Of a stretch of DNA of 64,000 nt, positions 27,974-37,811 are shown piece after piece (position 1 is the first letter of the stretch; each line of letters opens with the position of its first letter). The notes under the pieces were generated by a model. The model made no database searches, had not been told where the DNA came from, and saw only the letters and a program-made list of their open reading frames with translations. The stretch covers positions 346 through 64,345 of the forward strand of contig JBBTRV010000003.1 in NCBI GenBank assembly GCA_038065035.1. Reading direction: 5' to 3'. The position numbers were made by a program, and so were the translations under genes. The stretch comes from Patescibacteria group bacterium. Lineage in GTDB: Bacteria > Patescibacteriota > Minisyncoccia > UBA6257 > UBA9933.

Positions 27974-28561
27974 TTAATCTAATGACATTCTTTCTGAAAT
28001 AACGCTCCAGTCAATCGCTTTTAAAAACGCTTCAATATAATCAGCTCTTTTCAAGCCATAATCCGGCATATAAGCATGCTCAAAAACATCCATTACTAAC
28101 AATGGTTTAGCACCGCTAAAATGCCCAACATCGTGCTCATTAATCCAAACATTAAATAATCTATTCGCCAAAACATCGTAATACAAAACCACCCAACCAA
28201 TCCCGCGCATCATTCCTATTGCCTTAAAATCTTTTTCCCATTCTTCGTATGAACCCCAATCTTTATTAATTTTTTCTGATAAAACTGAATTTTTATCAAA
28301 TTCTGTCTGCTCTTTCGATAAATTCTCGAAATAATATTCGTGCAAACGCATACCATTAAACTCCCAGCTGAATCGCCTATTTAGTTCAGCAACTTCCGGA
28401 GTGCTATGTTTTCCCTCTTTTTCCATCGCAATCAAAATATCATTGAGCTTATTAAAATTCGCCACATAGCCGGAATAAAGCGTAAAATGATTTTTCAACA
28501 ACTGGTCGCTAAAACCCTGAAGGCCTAATAAATTTTCGTAATTTTTTGCTTCGTATTTCAT
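27974..28561 (-). CDS. Fe/Mn superoxide dismutase family protein
   Basis: 195 aa; C-terminal metal-ligand motif DVFEHAYMPDY (cf. DVWEHAYY), N-terminal helical-hairpin region. Divergent N-terminal His pattern. Confidence 0.75.
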   Translation of the reverse strand: MKYEAKNYENLLGLQGFSDQLLKNHFTLYSGYVANFNKLNDILIAMEKEGKHSTPEVAELNRRFSWEFNGMRLHEYYFENLSKEQTEFDKNSVLSEKINKDWGSYEEWEKDFKAIGMMRGIGWVVLYYDVLANRLFNVWINEHDVGHFSGAKPLLVMDVFEHAYMPDYGLKRADYIEAFLKAIDWSVISERMSLD

Positions 28562-28581
28562 ATTATGATAAACTTCGAAAA

Positions 28582-28869
28582 ATGCTTAATAAAGAAGAAT
28601 TTCTTAAAACTATAAAGGAAAGAGCTGAAAAAAGCAAAGTTTACAAGAAATACCAGCTAATCGGCTTAATTATAGCCCAGCTTTTAAACGACGAAAAACA
28701 CAAATCACTTTATATAAAACTGGCGAAAAAGCACAATCCTGACCATTTATTAAGCATCGCTAAAGATGTTTCTGAAAGAAAAAATATAAAAAACAAAGGA
28801 GGATATTTTATGATAGTGCTTGCGAAAACACATCCTTATCTTTTAAAGGATTTAAAAGAGAAAAAATAA
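28582..28869 (+). CDS. hypothetical lysine-rich protein
   Basis: ORF 28546..28869; start moved to the Met at 28582 to avoid antisense overlap with the SOD gene. No recognisable domain. Confidence 0.3.
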   Translation: MLNKEEFLKTIKERAEKSKVYKKYQLIGLIIAQLLNDEKHKSLYIKLAKKHNPDHLLSIAKDVSERKNIKNKGGYFMIVLAKTHPYLLKDLKEKK

Positions 28870-28927
28870 TATTTACGTATCATCTAAAATTTAACGCCAA
28901 ACATTTATAAATATAAAAAGTAATGAC

Positions 28928-29863
28928 TTACAAATATTTTAATTTTCCTTTTACTTCTTCTATTGATTTATAACCTTTTCTTTTAAGAATTTCTTCTAAT
29001 TCCGAATTTATCCTTACAAAGCAACTCTGGCCCTCTTTTTCAAATGTGGTCGCTATTTGAACAGCATCTGCCCCAGCAAGAAGAAATTCAAAAACATCTA
29101 TACCTGTTTTAATCCCTCCAACGCCAAAAATTGAAACTTTATCCTTGAGCAATTCATAAAAAGCTCTCACATTTGCCAAAGCAATCGGCTTGATATAATC
29201 CCCAGAAAGACCGCCAAACCATTTCTTTGGTTTTATGACGGGTGTTTCAGATTCTGGATCAATAACTAAAGTATTGCCAACTGAATTTATGCAAGTGATA
29301 AAACTAATTTTATATTTTTTAATTAAATCTGCCATTTGTTTATGATGGATAAAATCATAAAATGGCGGAAGTTTCAATCCAATTGGTTTTTCTCCTAAAT
29401 TTGAAATCTTGCATAGCACTTTTTCAGTTTGTTCAAAATCATAAGCAATTTGCGTCTTTCCCTCCAAATTTGGACAACTTAAATTTACTTCGATTAAATC
29501 AACATCGCTATTTTGAAAAGCTTCAACCATTTTTTCATAATCTTCAATAAACAAGCCAGCAACGCTTACAATAATAGACTTGTTATATTTTTTTAGATAC
29601 GAAGAAAATTTAATATACTCTTGATAACCCAAATTTGGCAATCCCATAGATTGAATAGAACCCAGTGGAAGTCTAATATATCTCGGTTTTTGATTTCCCT
29701 CCCTTGGTTCTATGGTGCACGATTTCATCATAATGGCAGACGATTTTGATTTGCCAATATTTTCCAATTCATCAAAAGTGGAATCTAATGGACCCGAAGC
29801 ATTGCAAATATATGAATCCATTTTAACGCCTGCAATTCTAGTTTTTGTGATTATCATGAACAA
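28928..29863 (-). CDS. pyrD: dihydroorotate dehydrogenase (class 1)
   Basis: 311 aa; ...NASGP...NLSCPN...GGLSG...GVGGIKTG.D..E.LLAGADAVQIAT... TIM-barrel DHODH signature. Confidence 0.85.
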   Translation of the reverse strand: MFMIITKTRIAGVKMDSYICNASGPLDSTFDELENIGKSKSSAIMMKSCTIEPREGNQKPRYIRLPLGSIQSMGLPNLGYQEYIKFSSYLKKYNKSIIVSVAGLFIEDYEKMVEAFQNSDVDLIEVNLSCPNLEGKTQIAYDFEQTEKVLCKISNLGEKPIGLKLPPFYDFIHHKQMADLIKKYKISFITCINSVGNTLVIDPESETPVIKPKKWFGGLSGDYIKPIALANVRAFYELLKDKVSIFGVGGIKTGIDVFEFLLAGADAVQIATTFEKEGQSCFVRINSELEEILKRKGYKSIEEVKGKLKYL

Positions 29864-29912
29864 TAAAATTTGACGATATTCTTAATTTATCGTATTTTTA
29901 TTATATTAAATT

Positions 29913-30449
29913 ATGAAAATTCTCACAATCGCTAATAAAAAAGAAGAGAAATTCCTGCGGCAGAAAACCGCGGAATTTGATTTTAAAACTTATGCCACGA
30001 CAGCCGGCGAAAAATTCACTAGAAAACAAATCGAAAAACTGATTAAAAATATGAAAATTACAATGGAAAAAGCGCCGGGCATCGGACTTTCCGCTAATCA
30101 AGTCGGCCTGAATTTAAAATTATTCGTCGCTCAAATCCCCGAAACCAGATTAGAAAAAAACGGAAAAGAAATTTCAACCAAAGCAACGGAATTTTATGTT
30201 ATTTTTAATCCGGAAATAAAAAATTTTTCAAAAAGGAAAACAATAATGGAAGAAGGGTGTCTAAGCGTTCCGGGAATTTTCGGAGAGGTTGAACGGCCGG
30301 AAAAAATCACGCTTTCCGGCTTTAATAAAAAAGGAAAAAAAATCACATTAGAAGCCGAAGGATTATTGGCAAAAGTTTTTCAGCATGAAACTGACCACCT
30401 AAACGGAATCCTGTTTATTGATAAAGCGAAAAATTTAAAGAAGTTATGA
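29913..30449 (+). CDS. def: peptide deformylase
   Basis: 178 aa; motifs GIGLSANQVG, EGCLSVPG, HETDHLNG. Confidence 0.9.
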   Translation: MKILTIANKKEEKFLRQKTAEFDFKTYATTAGEKFTRKQIEKLIKNMKITMEKAPGIGLSANQVGLNLKLFVAQIPETRLEKNGKEISTKATEFYVIFNPEIKNFSKRKTIMEEGCLSVPGIFGEVERPEKITLSGFNKKGKKITLEAEGLLAKVFQHETDHLNGILFIDKAKNLKKL

Positions 30450-30453
30450 AAAT

Positions 30454-30559
30454 AAAAATCACAAAATTATTCCTTCAACCCGCTCACGTCCGCCATCCGC
30501 CAACTGGCGGAGGCGGACTGCGCTTCCGTTTAGGTATCAGGAACAACTTTGTGATTTTT
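30454..30559 (+). ncRNA. structured intergenic element, copy 2 (same conserved core, different outer inverted repeat)
   Basis: Outer inverted repeat aaaataaaaatcacaaa/tttgtgatttttgtttcc. Core ATTCCTTCAACCCGCTCACGTCC-[longer hairpin]-GGACTGCGCTTCCGTTTAGGT. Immediately downstream of the def stop, followed by a T-rich run. Confidence 0.45.
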
Positions 30560-30574
30560 GTTTCCTGAAATTTT

Positions 30575-31453
30575 ATGAAATTCGTATTTTTCGGCACGCC
30601 TGAATTTGCCGCCATTATTTTAGAAAAACTTATTAACTTCGGCTTTATTCCCGAAGCCGTTATTTGTAATCCTGATCGTCCGATTGGCAGAAAAAAAATT
30701 ATTACTCCCCCGCCGGTAAAAAAATTGCTGATTGAAAAATTAAAAAATTATAAAATTAAAATTCTCCAGCCGGAAAATCTGGTGGATATTAAAAATCAGT
30801 TGTCAGCTGTCAACTGTCAGTTGTTTGTAGTTGCCGCTTATGCCAAAATCATCCCAAAAGAAATTTTAGAGATTCCGCGCCTCGGCTCAATCGGCGTCCA
30901 TCCTTCGCTTTTGCCGAAATACCGCGGCCCTTCGCCCATTCAATCGGTAATTTTAAACGATGAAAAAGAAACTGGCGTAACCTTATTTTTAATGGATGAA
31001 AAAGTGGACCACGGTAAAATAGTATCAAGTATCAAGTATCAAGCATCAAGTGATGATAATTACGAATCTTTAATACGCAAACTGGCAGAATTGAGCGCTA
31101 ATCTTTTAATTGAAGCACTGTCTAATATTGAAGAAAAAATTAAAAATGCAAAATCGCAAAACGAATCATTTGCCACTTACACAAAAAAATTTACAACCAA
31201 AGACGCATTTATTGAACCTGCTAATTTAGAAAAAGCGCAGGGTTCGATATGCTCACCCCAAGAAATTCGGCGGCTTGCGATTGAAATAGACCGAAAAATT
31301 CGCGCCTTAAATCCGGAACCAGGAACCTGGACACTTCGACAAGCTCAAGGTAAGCTTATGCGAATAAAACTTTTAGAAGTGGAAATAACCCAAAACGGCA
31401 AATTAAAACTCAAAAAAATCCAAACTGAAGGCAAAAAACCTAAAATTTTATAA
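30575..31453 (+). CDS. fmt: methionyl-tRNA formyltransferase
   Basis: 292 aa; MKFVFFGTPEFA..., ...VVAAYAKIIP..., HPSLLPKYRGPSPIQ. Contains a (GTATCAA)x4 repeat at 31022-31049. Confidence 0.9.
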   Translation: MKFVFFGTPEFAAIILEKLINFGFIPEAVICNPDRPIGRKKIITPPPVKKLLIEKLKNYKIKILQPENLVDIKNQLSAVNCQLFVVAAYAKIIPKEILEIPRLGSIGVHPSLLPKYRGPSPIQSVILNDEKETGVTLFLMDEKVDHGKIVSSIKYQASSDDNYESLIRKLAELSANLLIEALSNIEEKIKNAKSQNESFATYTKKFTTKDAFIEPANLEKAQGSICSPQEIRRLAIEIDRKIRALNPEPGTWTLRQAQGKLMRIKLLEVEITQNGKLKLKKIQTEGKKPKIL

Positions 31454-31460
31454 AAAATCC

Positions 31461-31490
31461 CCCATTATGCATGGGGAATTTTTTATAGCT
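31461..31490. terminator. bidirectional terminator hairpin between fmt (+) and pilin gene (-)
   Basis: aaaaatcccccattatgcatggggaatttttt. Confidence 0.4.
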
Positions 31491-31506
31491 TGAACGAAAT
31501 ACTAGC

Positions 31507-31947
31507 TTATCTGGTAATGGAAATATCCGGCACTTCTATCTCGGTACTAGAAGCCAAAACCGTTACCCTTCTTGTGGTAGAATCATAAACTACCCAATAA
31601 TCAGTAGAAGAAGCCGTACCAGTGCTTGGATCAATCGGCATTGAAGAGATATATGTCGGCACTATACAAGGTTCAATATTATAATTGCTAGCCCCTAATT
31701 GCGTCATTACTGATGGTAATACGCCAGCGCCGGGACAATTAAAAACTCCCCCATTGTCCGCCTGATTCTGGCCGATAGCGTCTAAAACAGCTTTAACTTG
31801 AGCCCATCTTTTTGTGTCCCTTGCCTGGGCAAACTGCCTGCCAGGATTTAAAGCCACGATAACAACTCCGGCTAAAATCGCGATAATGCCGATAACGACC
31901 AATAATTCGATTAATGTAAAACCTGATTTTGAATTTCTTTGTTTCAT
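31507..31947 (-). CDS. type IV pilin (prepilin with class III signal peptide)
   Basis: 146 aa; N-terminal MKQRNSKSGFTLIELLVVIGIIAILAGVV (G|FTLIE cleavage/methylation motif). Confidence 0.8.
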   Translation of the reverse strand: MKQRNSKSGFTLIELLVVIGIIAILAGVVIVALNPGRQFAQARDTKRWAQVKAVLDAIGQNQADNGGVFNCPGAGVLPSVMTQLGASNYNIEPCIVPTYISSMPIDPSTGTASSTDYWVVYDSTTRRVTVLASSTEIEVPDISITR

Positions 31948-32059
31948 TGATATTTATTTGTTTTCAATAATAAAATAACTCGACCTTTAAGGACATTTTT
32001 ATATTATAAATCTATTATATCATAAAATTCAATAAGAAATATAAAACTTATCCACACCT

Positions 32060-33544
32060 TTATTGAATTTCTTTCCAGCTTATGACTTCGTAAGTTTCTG
32101 CCGCTAAAGGAAAACTCGGCGGCGGAGCGTAAAGAAGATTGGCGTCATAAATCAGATTGCGCGTTTGATAACCGGTGCCGTCGGTATAAGCAAAACCATA
32201 ACGCTGGCTAGAAGCAATCATTCCATAAGTTGTGATGGTATTTCTCGTGTGATAAGTAGTACAACGGCTATCTGGCGACCGGTAATAATACCTGCCAACC
32301 CGACCATTTTGTGCCATAAGGGCCGCATCAACTCTTATGATATCAGTGCTATAAAAACCGATATTCAAATTTTTCTGGGCAATAAGCCCGATAACATCTT
32401 GACCGTCATAATTAGTATACAAGAGATTTTCATTAACCGTGATACTGCTGCGCGTTGTCGGATTATCCGGAAAACGCGCTGAAGCGATTGTCACGCGGCT
32501 GGTATTAATTTGCCCCCTTACCCAGACATCGTCTTCAATAAAAATCAAACCATTGGCGGGTATCTGATAATTGCCAAGCAAAGTTTCGGTTTGAATGCTC
32601 CAGATGCCCCAACCGCTTTGATTTAAATAATTAGTGCAATTGCTCGGCGGCGCCCTTAAAGCGTCAACAATAAAAAAATCAAAAGTATCGTCTGTTTTTA
32701 ATACGATATCGTATCCGTATTTTCCAGAACCCGACGACCCGCGGTAAAAACCGCTTGAAGAAGCTGATTCTTTCAATTGGGAAAGAGTCTGGGTAATACC
32801 GGTAAAATCCACTGCCGGCACCGGAAATTGGCGGCCAGCCATAAAAACATCCGAACGGTCTTGTAGTGAATTAGGCGGCGCTTCTAATGGTCTGAAACTG
32901 CTGTTAGTTCCACTTTGACCTGCCGGATTTCTATGTGTATGCACGCCAAATTCATTGCTGCCGCTATGGTCAAGGTCGTCATAAGAACTAAGAGCGCTGG
33001 TGACCAAATTATGAGCAGTACCGTCAAATCTTACGCCGTTGTTTGAATGAATCGGCCCAAAAACTTCCGTACCGTCGCCGTACCTTACATTGTCATTTAA
33101 CACGCTGGCGTATTTGGCAAACGACGGAATGCCCATTTTAGCTTCAATAATTTTTTCAATATCAGGGTCGGCATTGGATTTTCCGATTGATCTCACGGTA
33201 ATAATCGTTGATCCATTTACGGGAGGCGTTATCTCTAATATAAATTGTCCTATGATATTTCCATTTTTATCCTGATAATCATGGATATAAGGACCTGGAG
33301 CGCCGGTGCCATCAGTATAATCATTCTGATCATGAGCCAGATGCCAGCGGTAATATTCAATTCCCGCTTCGGCAATTTTAAACGCCAAAGAACGATTTTG
33401 ATAATTTATTGTGTTATTCAAATTCGTATCAGTCCAAACCAAGAATCCGGACAGCATTATAACCATTACCATCCCGTAAATTAAAATCTGCATTGAAAGC
33501 TGGCCGCTATTCTTATCTTTTATTTTTATATTTTTATATTTCAT
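32060..33544 (-). CDS. hypothetical pilus-cluster protein with N-terminal hydrophobic anchor (PilX/tip-adhesin candidate)
   Basis: 494 aa; single N-terminal TM but no canonical prepilin cleavage motif. Located between the pilin and minor-pilin genes. Confidence 0.35.
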   Translation of the reverse strand: MKYKNIKIKDKNSGQLSMQILIYGMVMVIMLSGFLVWTDTNLNNTINYQNRSLAFKIAEAGIEYYRWHLAHDQNDYTDGTGAPGPYIHDYQDKNGNIIGQFILEITPPVNGSTIITVRSIGKSNADPDIEKIIEAKMGIPSFAKYASVLNDNVRYGDGTEVFGPIHSNNGVRFDGTAHNLVTSALSSYDDLDHSGSNEFGVHTHRNPAGQSGTNSSFRPLEAPPNSLQDRSDVFMAGRQFPVPAVDFTGITQTLSQLKESASSSGFYRGSSGSGKYGYDIVLKTDDTFDFFIVDALRAPPSNCTNYLNQSGWGIWSIQTETLLGNYQIPANGLIFIEDDVWVRGQINTSRVTIASARFPDNPTTRSSITVNENLLYTNYDGQDVIGLIAQKNLNIGFYSTDIIRVDAALMAQNGRVGRYYYRSPDSRCTTYHTRNTITTYGMIASSQRYGFAYTDGTGYQTRNLIYDANLLYAPPPSFPLAAETYEVISWKEIQ

Positions 33545-33582
33545 TTTTAAAAATCTAAAAACTAAAACCTATAAACTATTTT

Positions 33583-34212
33583 TTAATCATCTCTCAATTC
33601 CCTTGGCGTTAATTCAATCATCGAAGTAGTCGTTGCTGTTCCATCGGGCTTTGTAACTGTAAATTGCGCCTTGATTAATTTTACATCCGGAATGTTAATT
33701 GGAAAAGGCAATGGCGCTTCACTGCCGGAATAATTCATATCATAATAACTGAAAACGCTTGATGTTCCGACTCTTAAATTATGCAAAACATCAAAAACTT
33801 CTTCATTGGCGTCGTTATAAGTGAACGGATTGCCGGTCGGAACGAGAATCCCTTTCTTCAAAACGTTTCCGGAAACAAAATATTTGAAGCGTTCAATAGC
33901 GCCATCAGCATCAACATCGCTATAAAAAACAAAAATACTGGAAGACGCCTGGCTTATCGGATAACTGCCGACGCTTGACTGGCTCATGGACCTCATTTCT
34001 TTAATCATGCCCTGTATCGTATATTGCAGTTCAAACTGCGGCTCAAAGCTTTTCATGAAATTAATATTTAAATCGGTAAGATTAATGCCGATATATGTTA
34101 AAATAACAACAATTAAAGCTATAAAAGACGCTCCAATAACAACTTCTATCAAGGTAATTCCCGACTTATTATTGATATTTTTATTGCCGGCTATTTTTTC
34201 TTTTAATAACAT
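33583..34212 (-). CDS. minor pilin / pseudopilin (prepilin-type N-terminal cleavage/methylation domain)
   Basis: 209 aa; ...KSGITLIEVVIGASFIALIVVIL... N-terminus. Confidence 0.7.
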   Translation of the reverse strand: MLLKEKIAGNKNINNKSGITLIEVVIGASFIALIVVILTYIGINLTDLNINFMKSFEPQFELQYTIQGMIKEMRSMSQSSVGSYPISQASSSIFVFYSDVDADGAIERFKYFVSGNVLKKGILVPTGNPFTYNDANEEVFDVLHNLRVGTSSVFSYYDMNYSGSEAPLPFPINIPDVKLIKAQFTVTKPDGTATTTSMIELTPRELRDD

Positions 34213-35893
34213 AAAAAATAATAATTCCGATAATTGCTGAAAATGAAAATAAAACTATATACAAAACCGTTCCGGAAAGATAATTTTTTATTTTTACTAA
34301 ATTCCTGCCAATTTTTCTTTCCGCTATTGGAATTTCAAAATCTTCCGGCACGGCCACTTTCTCAAAAATACCGTTATTATCTGAATAAACAATGACATAA
34401 TATTCTCCGGAAGAAAGGCTTTCTATGGCAGCGCCGCGCTTTTCCCGGCTGATTAATAATCTTTTTGCTAAATTTTTATTACTATCAAAAATATCAATCC
34501 GATAACCATTAATTCCGGCAGGTTGATTATCGCCCCACTCGACATTGAAATAATAATTGCCTTGGCTGTCTTGTTCTACGCCTCCGCTTAAAGCGCTTTG
34601 GTTATCTTGTTGATTATTTTGGTTTGATTGATTATTTTCTTCCTCATTTTGATCAGACTCATCCTGATTTCCCTGATTTGGTTCATTTGGAGAAAAAACT
34701 TCGCTTAAAGTTGTAAATCCCATATTTTGGGAAACATAATTGCCATCCGCGTCAATTGAAGCGATTTTGGCGATATATTTCGTGCTGGCGCGCAATACAT
34801 TGCCGCTGTTTAAAACATGTTCCAATTCAAACGTCGAATCGCCAACGCTGATAATTGCCTGTTCTCCGGGAGCGTCTAAACTAACAAGCAAGCTTGACCC
34901 GGCCGCCTTATTAGTTTGCCAGGCAATTTTAATAGATTCATCGTCCAAGGAAACAATGGAAATATTTGAAATAATCGGCGCTGAATTATTTTCGGGAATT
35001 TGCGGCGTTGAAGTTGATTCCGGCGTTGATGTGGCTTGAGGCGACGTCCAGTCGGGAGAACTTGTAAAGTTACCGTTAATATCAGTCTCGTTTTCCCACG
35101 CATCTTTAACCATCAGCCGATAACTATAATTAGTATTTGGCAAAGTACTTATTTCTAAAACACATTCCCTGATACCCGCGTCGCAAGGATAAAAATCATT
35201 AAAGAAATTTGTTTCCTGGATATCGCCTCCATTCGGCCAGTAAGAAATTTTATAATCAACCGGCTCATTGGCATTGAAACGAAAGCTTGTTTTATCGGGA
35301 GAAATGACATTAACGCTGAAATTGGAAATAATCGGCAAAGCGATATCGCCGTCTTCATACAATGCGAATTTAAAAAAGAAGCTTTGTTCATTCGCTCCCA
35401 CATAAGCCGGCTTGATTTGCCTTTCAAGAGCATTAGTCGCGTTATGCACTTGGACATCGATGGTATTGGAATAATAAATTTTGAACTTCGCCAAAGAGCT
35501 AATCATTTTAATTTTGTAAATCTGACCGCTGACGACATTAACCGGCTGGTCAAAAGCAACATGCAATTTCTGGCCGCCAGCCGTTCTAGCGACATAAGGA
35601 ACAGTTATTGTTTTAGCCGCCAAAAGATTATCATTGTTGTCGCGCAGGCCAAAAGAAACGGCTCCAGAACTCCCCTCGTTTTCCACCCAAATGTCAAAAC
35701 CGCTTACATAATCATCATAAGGAATAAAGTATTGGTAGACAGGCCCGGCTGTCGCCAAAGTCAAATTGCCGGCTGTGTCATAAAAAGATTCAAAATATCT
35801 CAATTCCGCCGCAATAACGCCGGAAGTAGAAAGCAAAAAGCAAAAAATAGAAAATAGAAAAAATATTTTTATTTTTTTATTTTTAAAATTCAT
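34181..35893 (-). CDS. large secreted surface protein with Ig/FN3-like repeats and C-terminal TM anchor
   Basis: 570 aa; signal peptide MNFKNKKIKIFFLFSIFCFLLSTSGVIAA, a low-complexity Q/N/E stretch, and a C-terminal TM (LYIVLFSFSAIIGIIIFYVIKRK). Confidence 0.5.
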   Translation of the reverse strand: MNFKNKKIKIFFLFSIFCFLLSTSGVIAAELRYFESFYDTAGNLTLATAGPVYQYFIPYDDYVSGFDIWVENEGSSGAVSFGLRDNNDNLLAAKTITVPYVARTAGGQKLHVAFDQPVNVVSGQIYKIKMISSLAKFKIYYSNTIDVQVHNATNALERQIKPAYVGANEQSFFFKFALYEDGDIALPIISNFSVNVISPDKTSFRFNANEPVDYKISYWPNGGDIQETNFFNDFYPCDAGIRECVLEISTLPNTNYSYRLMVKDAWENETDINGNFTSSPDWTSPQATSTPESTSTPQIPENNSAPIISNISIVSLDDESIKIAWQTNKAAGSSLLVSLDAPGEQAIISVGDSTFELEHVLNSGNVLRASTKYIAKIASIDADGNYVSQNMGFTTLSEVFSPNEPNQGNQDESDQNEEENNQSNQNNQQDNQSALSGGVEQDSQGNYYFNVEWGDNQPAGINGYRIDIFDSNKNLAKRLLISREKRGAAIESLSSGEYYVIVYSDNNGIFEKVAVPEDFEIPIAERKIGRNLVKIKNYLSGTVLYIVLFSFSAIIGIIIFYVIKRKNSRQ

Positions 35894-35904
35894 ATGAATA
35901 AATT

Positions 35905-35975
35905 AATTTTAATTACCATTAATTACTACATCATTGCCACTTAATTACTTAATTACTTATTTACTTAATTACTAT
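35905..35975. repeat. intergenic tandem repeat (TTAATTACT-like units, ~6 copies)
   Basis: ttaattaccattaattactac...cttaattacttaattacttatttacttaattact between two pilus-cluster genes. Confidence 0.4.
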
Positions 35976-37761
35976 TCAATGTTGCTTTATATTCCTGCCA
36001 GCTGTTAAAAATCGAAAGTCCGGGCTCGGTTGAAGAAGCATAGCCGGTTTTTTGAACCGTTAAGCTATAAGTATCAGAGTTTAGCCCGCCGAATAACGCT
36101 TGGCCGGCCGGAACGCAGCCGGAATAAAAACTGATAGTGAAATCCTCAAGTATTGGCGTGTAATTCTCGTCAGCGGTTTGCAGATACGCTCTAATCTTTA
36201 AATAACGATTGCCATTTTGCGAAGCGCTGATTTGGCCGCCGCTCGCAGTATAAAAACTGCCTGCCGAGCCGTCCGGACCGATAAAATTCCACGTAGCGTT
36301 ATCGTTATTCGCCGCTATTTGAAATTTTAAGCTGTCGTTTCCGGCTTGCGGCGGCTGGCTTTCCGGATTCCAGGATAATTCAAAAAATTCAGTCGTTGAA
36401 GTGCCAAAATCTATCGTGTTAGAAATCAGCCACTCCGCGCTGCTAGTTGAATATTTTCCGTCAATTATCTTTAATTTCATTTCGCCGGCCGGATTATCAA
36501 CTTCAACTCCTCCGCTTTGTTCAAAATAATTCCCTCCCGACCAATCGGTTTTAATAATATTTTTTTTACCCGTCAAAACAGTCTGATTAAATCCAATTTT
36601 TGACAATTCAACACTCGCGCCTTTAATCGGCAGGCCATTTTCATCAGAAACGCTCACTAAAAAAGCTAATGGATTTTTTTGCTCCATTATTAATTTTAAA
36701 TCAGATGCCGTATCAGGGTTAACCGCAATCGGCAAAAATGGCATTGTTCCGGAAAAATCATAAACATCATCCTGATTTAAAAAATTATAAGAATCCCATT
36801 CAAGTCCGGAAATAGTTTTTAAGCCATTAGAATTAGTAGCTGAAGAAACTGAATATTTTAAAACATCTGGAGCGCCGATTGTTTTTATCCCCTCTTGTAA
36901 AAAATCAACATTCGGCACTGCCTGACACATTTTATCAATAGAAGCAATATTCAAAGAGCTTACTTTATCAATACTGAAACTTATCTGCGTAATCTGCTGC
37001 TGGCCGATTGTCGCGTGGGGCTTATTCGGATTCGGATTGCCGGCGCCTCCTATCGGATAAGTTTTATCGGAAGAATAACCGCTTTTGCTTACCGTTATTT
37101 CATAAGCCGAAGTGCTGGTTGGAATATCAACGAGCTGAAGAATGCCGTTTATATTCGTATTGTCATTAATTGTAATTATCGGATTTAAAGCGTTATTAAC
37201 AACTTCAACATCAACGCTGCTTACCGGCTGGCCATTAGCATCAAAAACATTTATGAACAATGAACCGTTATTGCTGTCGCTTTCTAATCCTTGCGGCGCC
37301 ACCGTAGTATTCATATGAATCGGCTTGAAATAATAACAATTATTGCAGCTTACCTCTAATTCAATCAGCTTATAATCAGCCGGCGCCGTGTCGTTCGGAT
37401 TTCCGCCTATGGTGCCGTCAAAAGAATCGTCAATATTTCTGACGGTTGTCTTTATAATAAAAGTTTGCTGGCCTAATTGGATATTTTTTTCCGCCAAAAG
37501 CTTGCCGGAAGGATAACCGCCGGAAATTCCAACATCGGAAAAAGGCATATTTCTGATAATTTCAATCTCTTTTTCTAAAATTGCAATTCCGTCAAAACGG
37601 CTCTTATCTTTACCAGTTGCCTCTAAAACATTAGAAAATCCAAAATAAACCGCCTGAATTAAAATTGCCATAAGCCCAAGGCCAATAACAACTTCAATTA
37701 AAGTAATCCCCTTGTGGTAGTTATTATTTTTGTTAAATTTGGAATTAAAAAATTTTAACAT
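35965..37761 (-). CDS. giant pseudopilin-like protein (prepilin leader plus ~570-aa extracellular region)
   Basis: 598 aa; N-terminus ...YHKGITLIEVVIGLGLMAILIQAV... (G|ITLIE). Confidence 0.65.
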   Translation of the reverse strand: MLKFFNSKFNKNNNYHKGITLIEVVIGLGLMAILIQAVYFGFSNVLEATGKDKSRFDGIAILEKEIEIIRNMPFSDVGISGGYPSGKLLAEKNIQLGQQTFIIKTTVRNIDDSFDGTIGGNPNDTAPADYKLIELEVSCNNCYYFKPIHMNTTVAPQGLESDSNNGSLFINVFDANGQPVSSVDVEVVNNALNPIITINDNTNINGILQLVDIPTSTSAYEITVSKSGYSSDKTYPIGGAGNPNPNKPHATIGQQQITQISFSIDKVSSLNIASIDKMCQAVPNVDFLQEGIKTIGAPDVLKYSVSSATNSNGLKTISGLEWDSYNFLNQDDVYDFSGTMPFLPIAVNPDTASDLKLIMEQKNPLAFLVSVSDENGLPIKGASVELSKIGFNQTVLTGKKNIIKTDWSGGNYFEQSGGVEVDNPAGEMKLKIIDGKYSTSSAEWLISNTIDFGTSTTEFFELSWNPESQPPQAGNDSLKFQIAANNDNATWNFIGPDGSAGSFYTASGGQISASQNGNRYLKIRAYLQTADENYTPILEDFTISFYSGCVPAGQALFGGLNSDTYSLTVQKTGYASSTEPGLSIFNSWQEYKATLNSN

Positions 37762-37811
37762 TTTGCATTGTCATTTTTTATTTTGATATTTACATTTTAA
37801 TTTTATACTAA

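Noticed and set aside
30801-30830. Near-palindromic cagttgtcagctgtcaactgtcagttg inside fmt
   Set aside because: It is not a true palindrome and encodes the conserved ...NQLSAVNCQLFVV... region that aligns without indel to other Fmt proteins. Probably coincidental codon usage.
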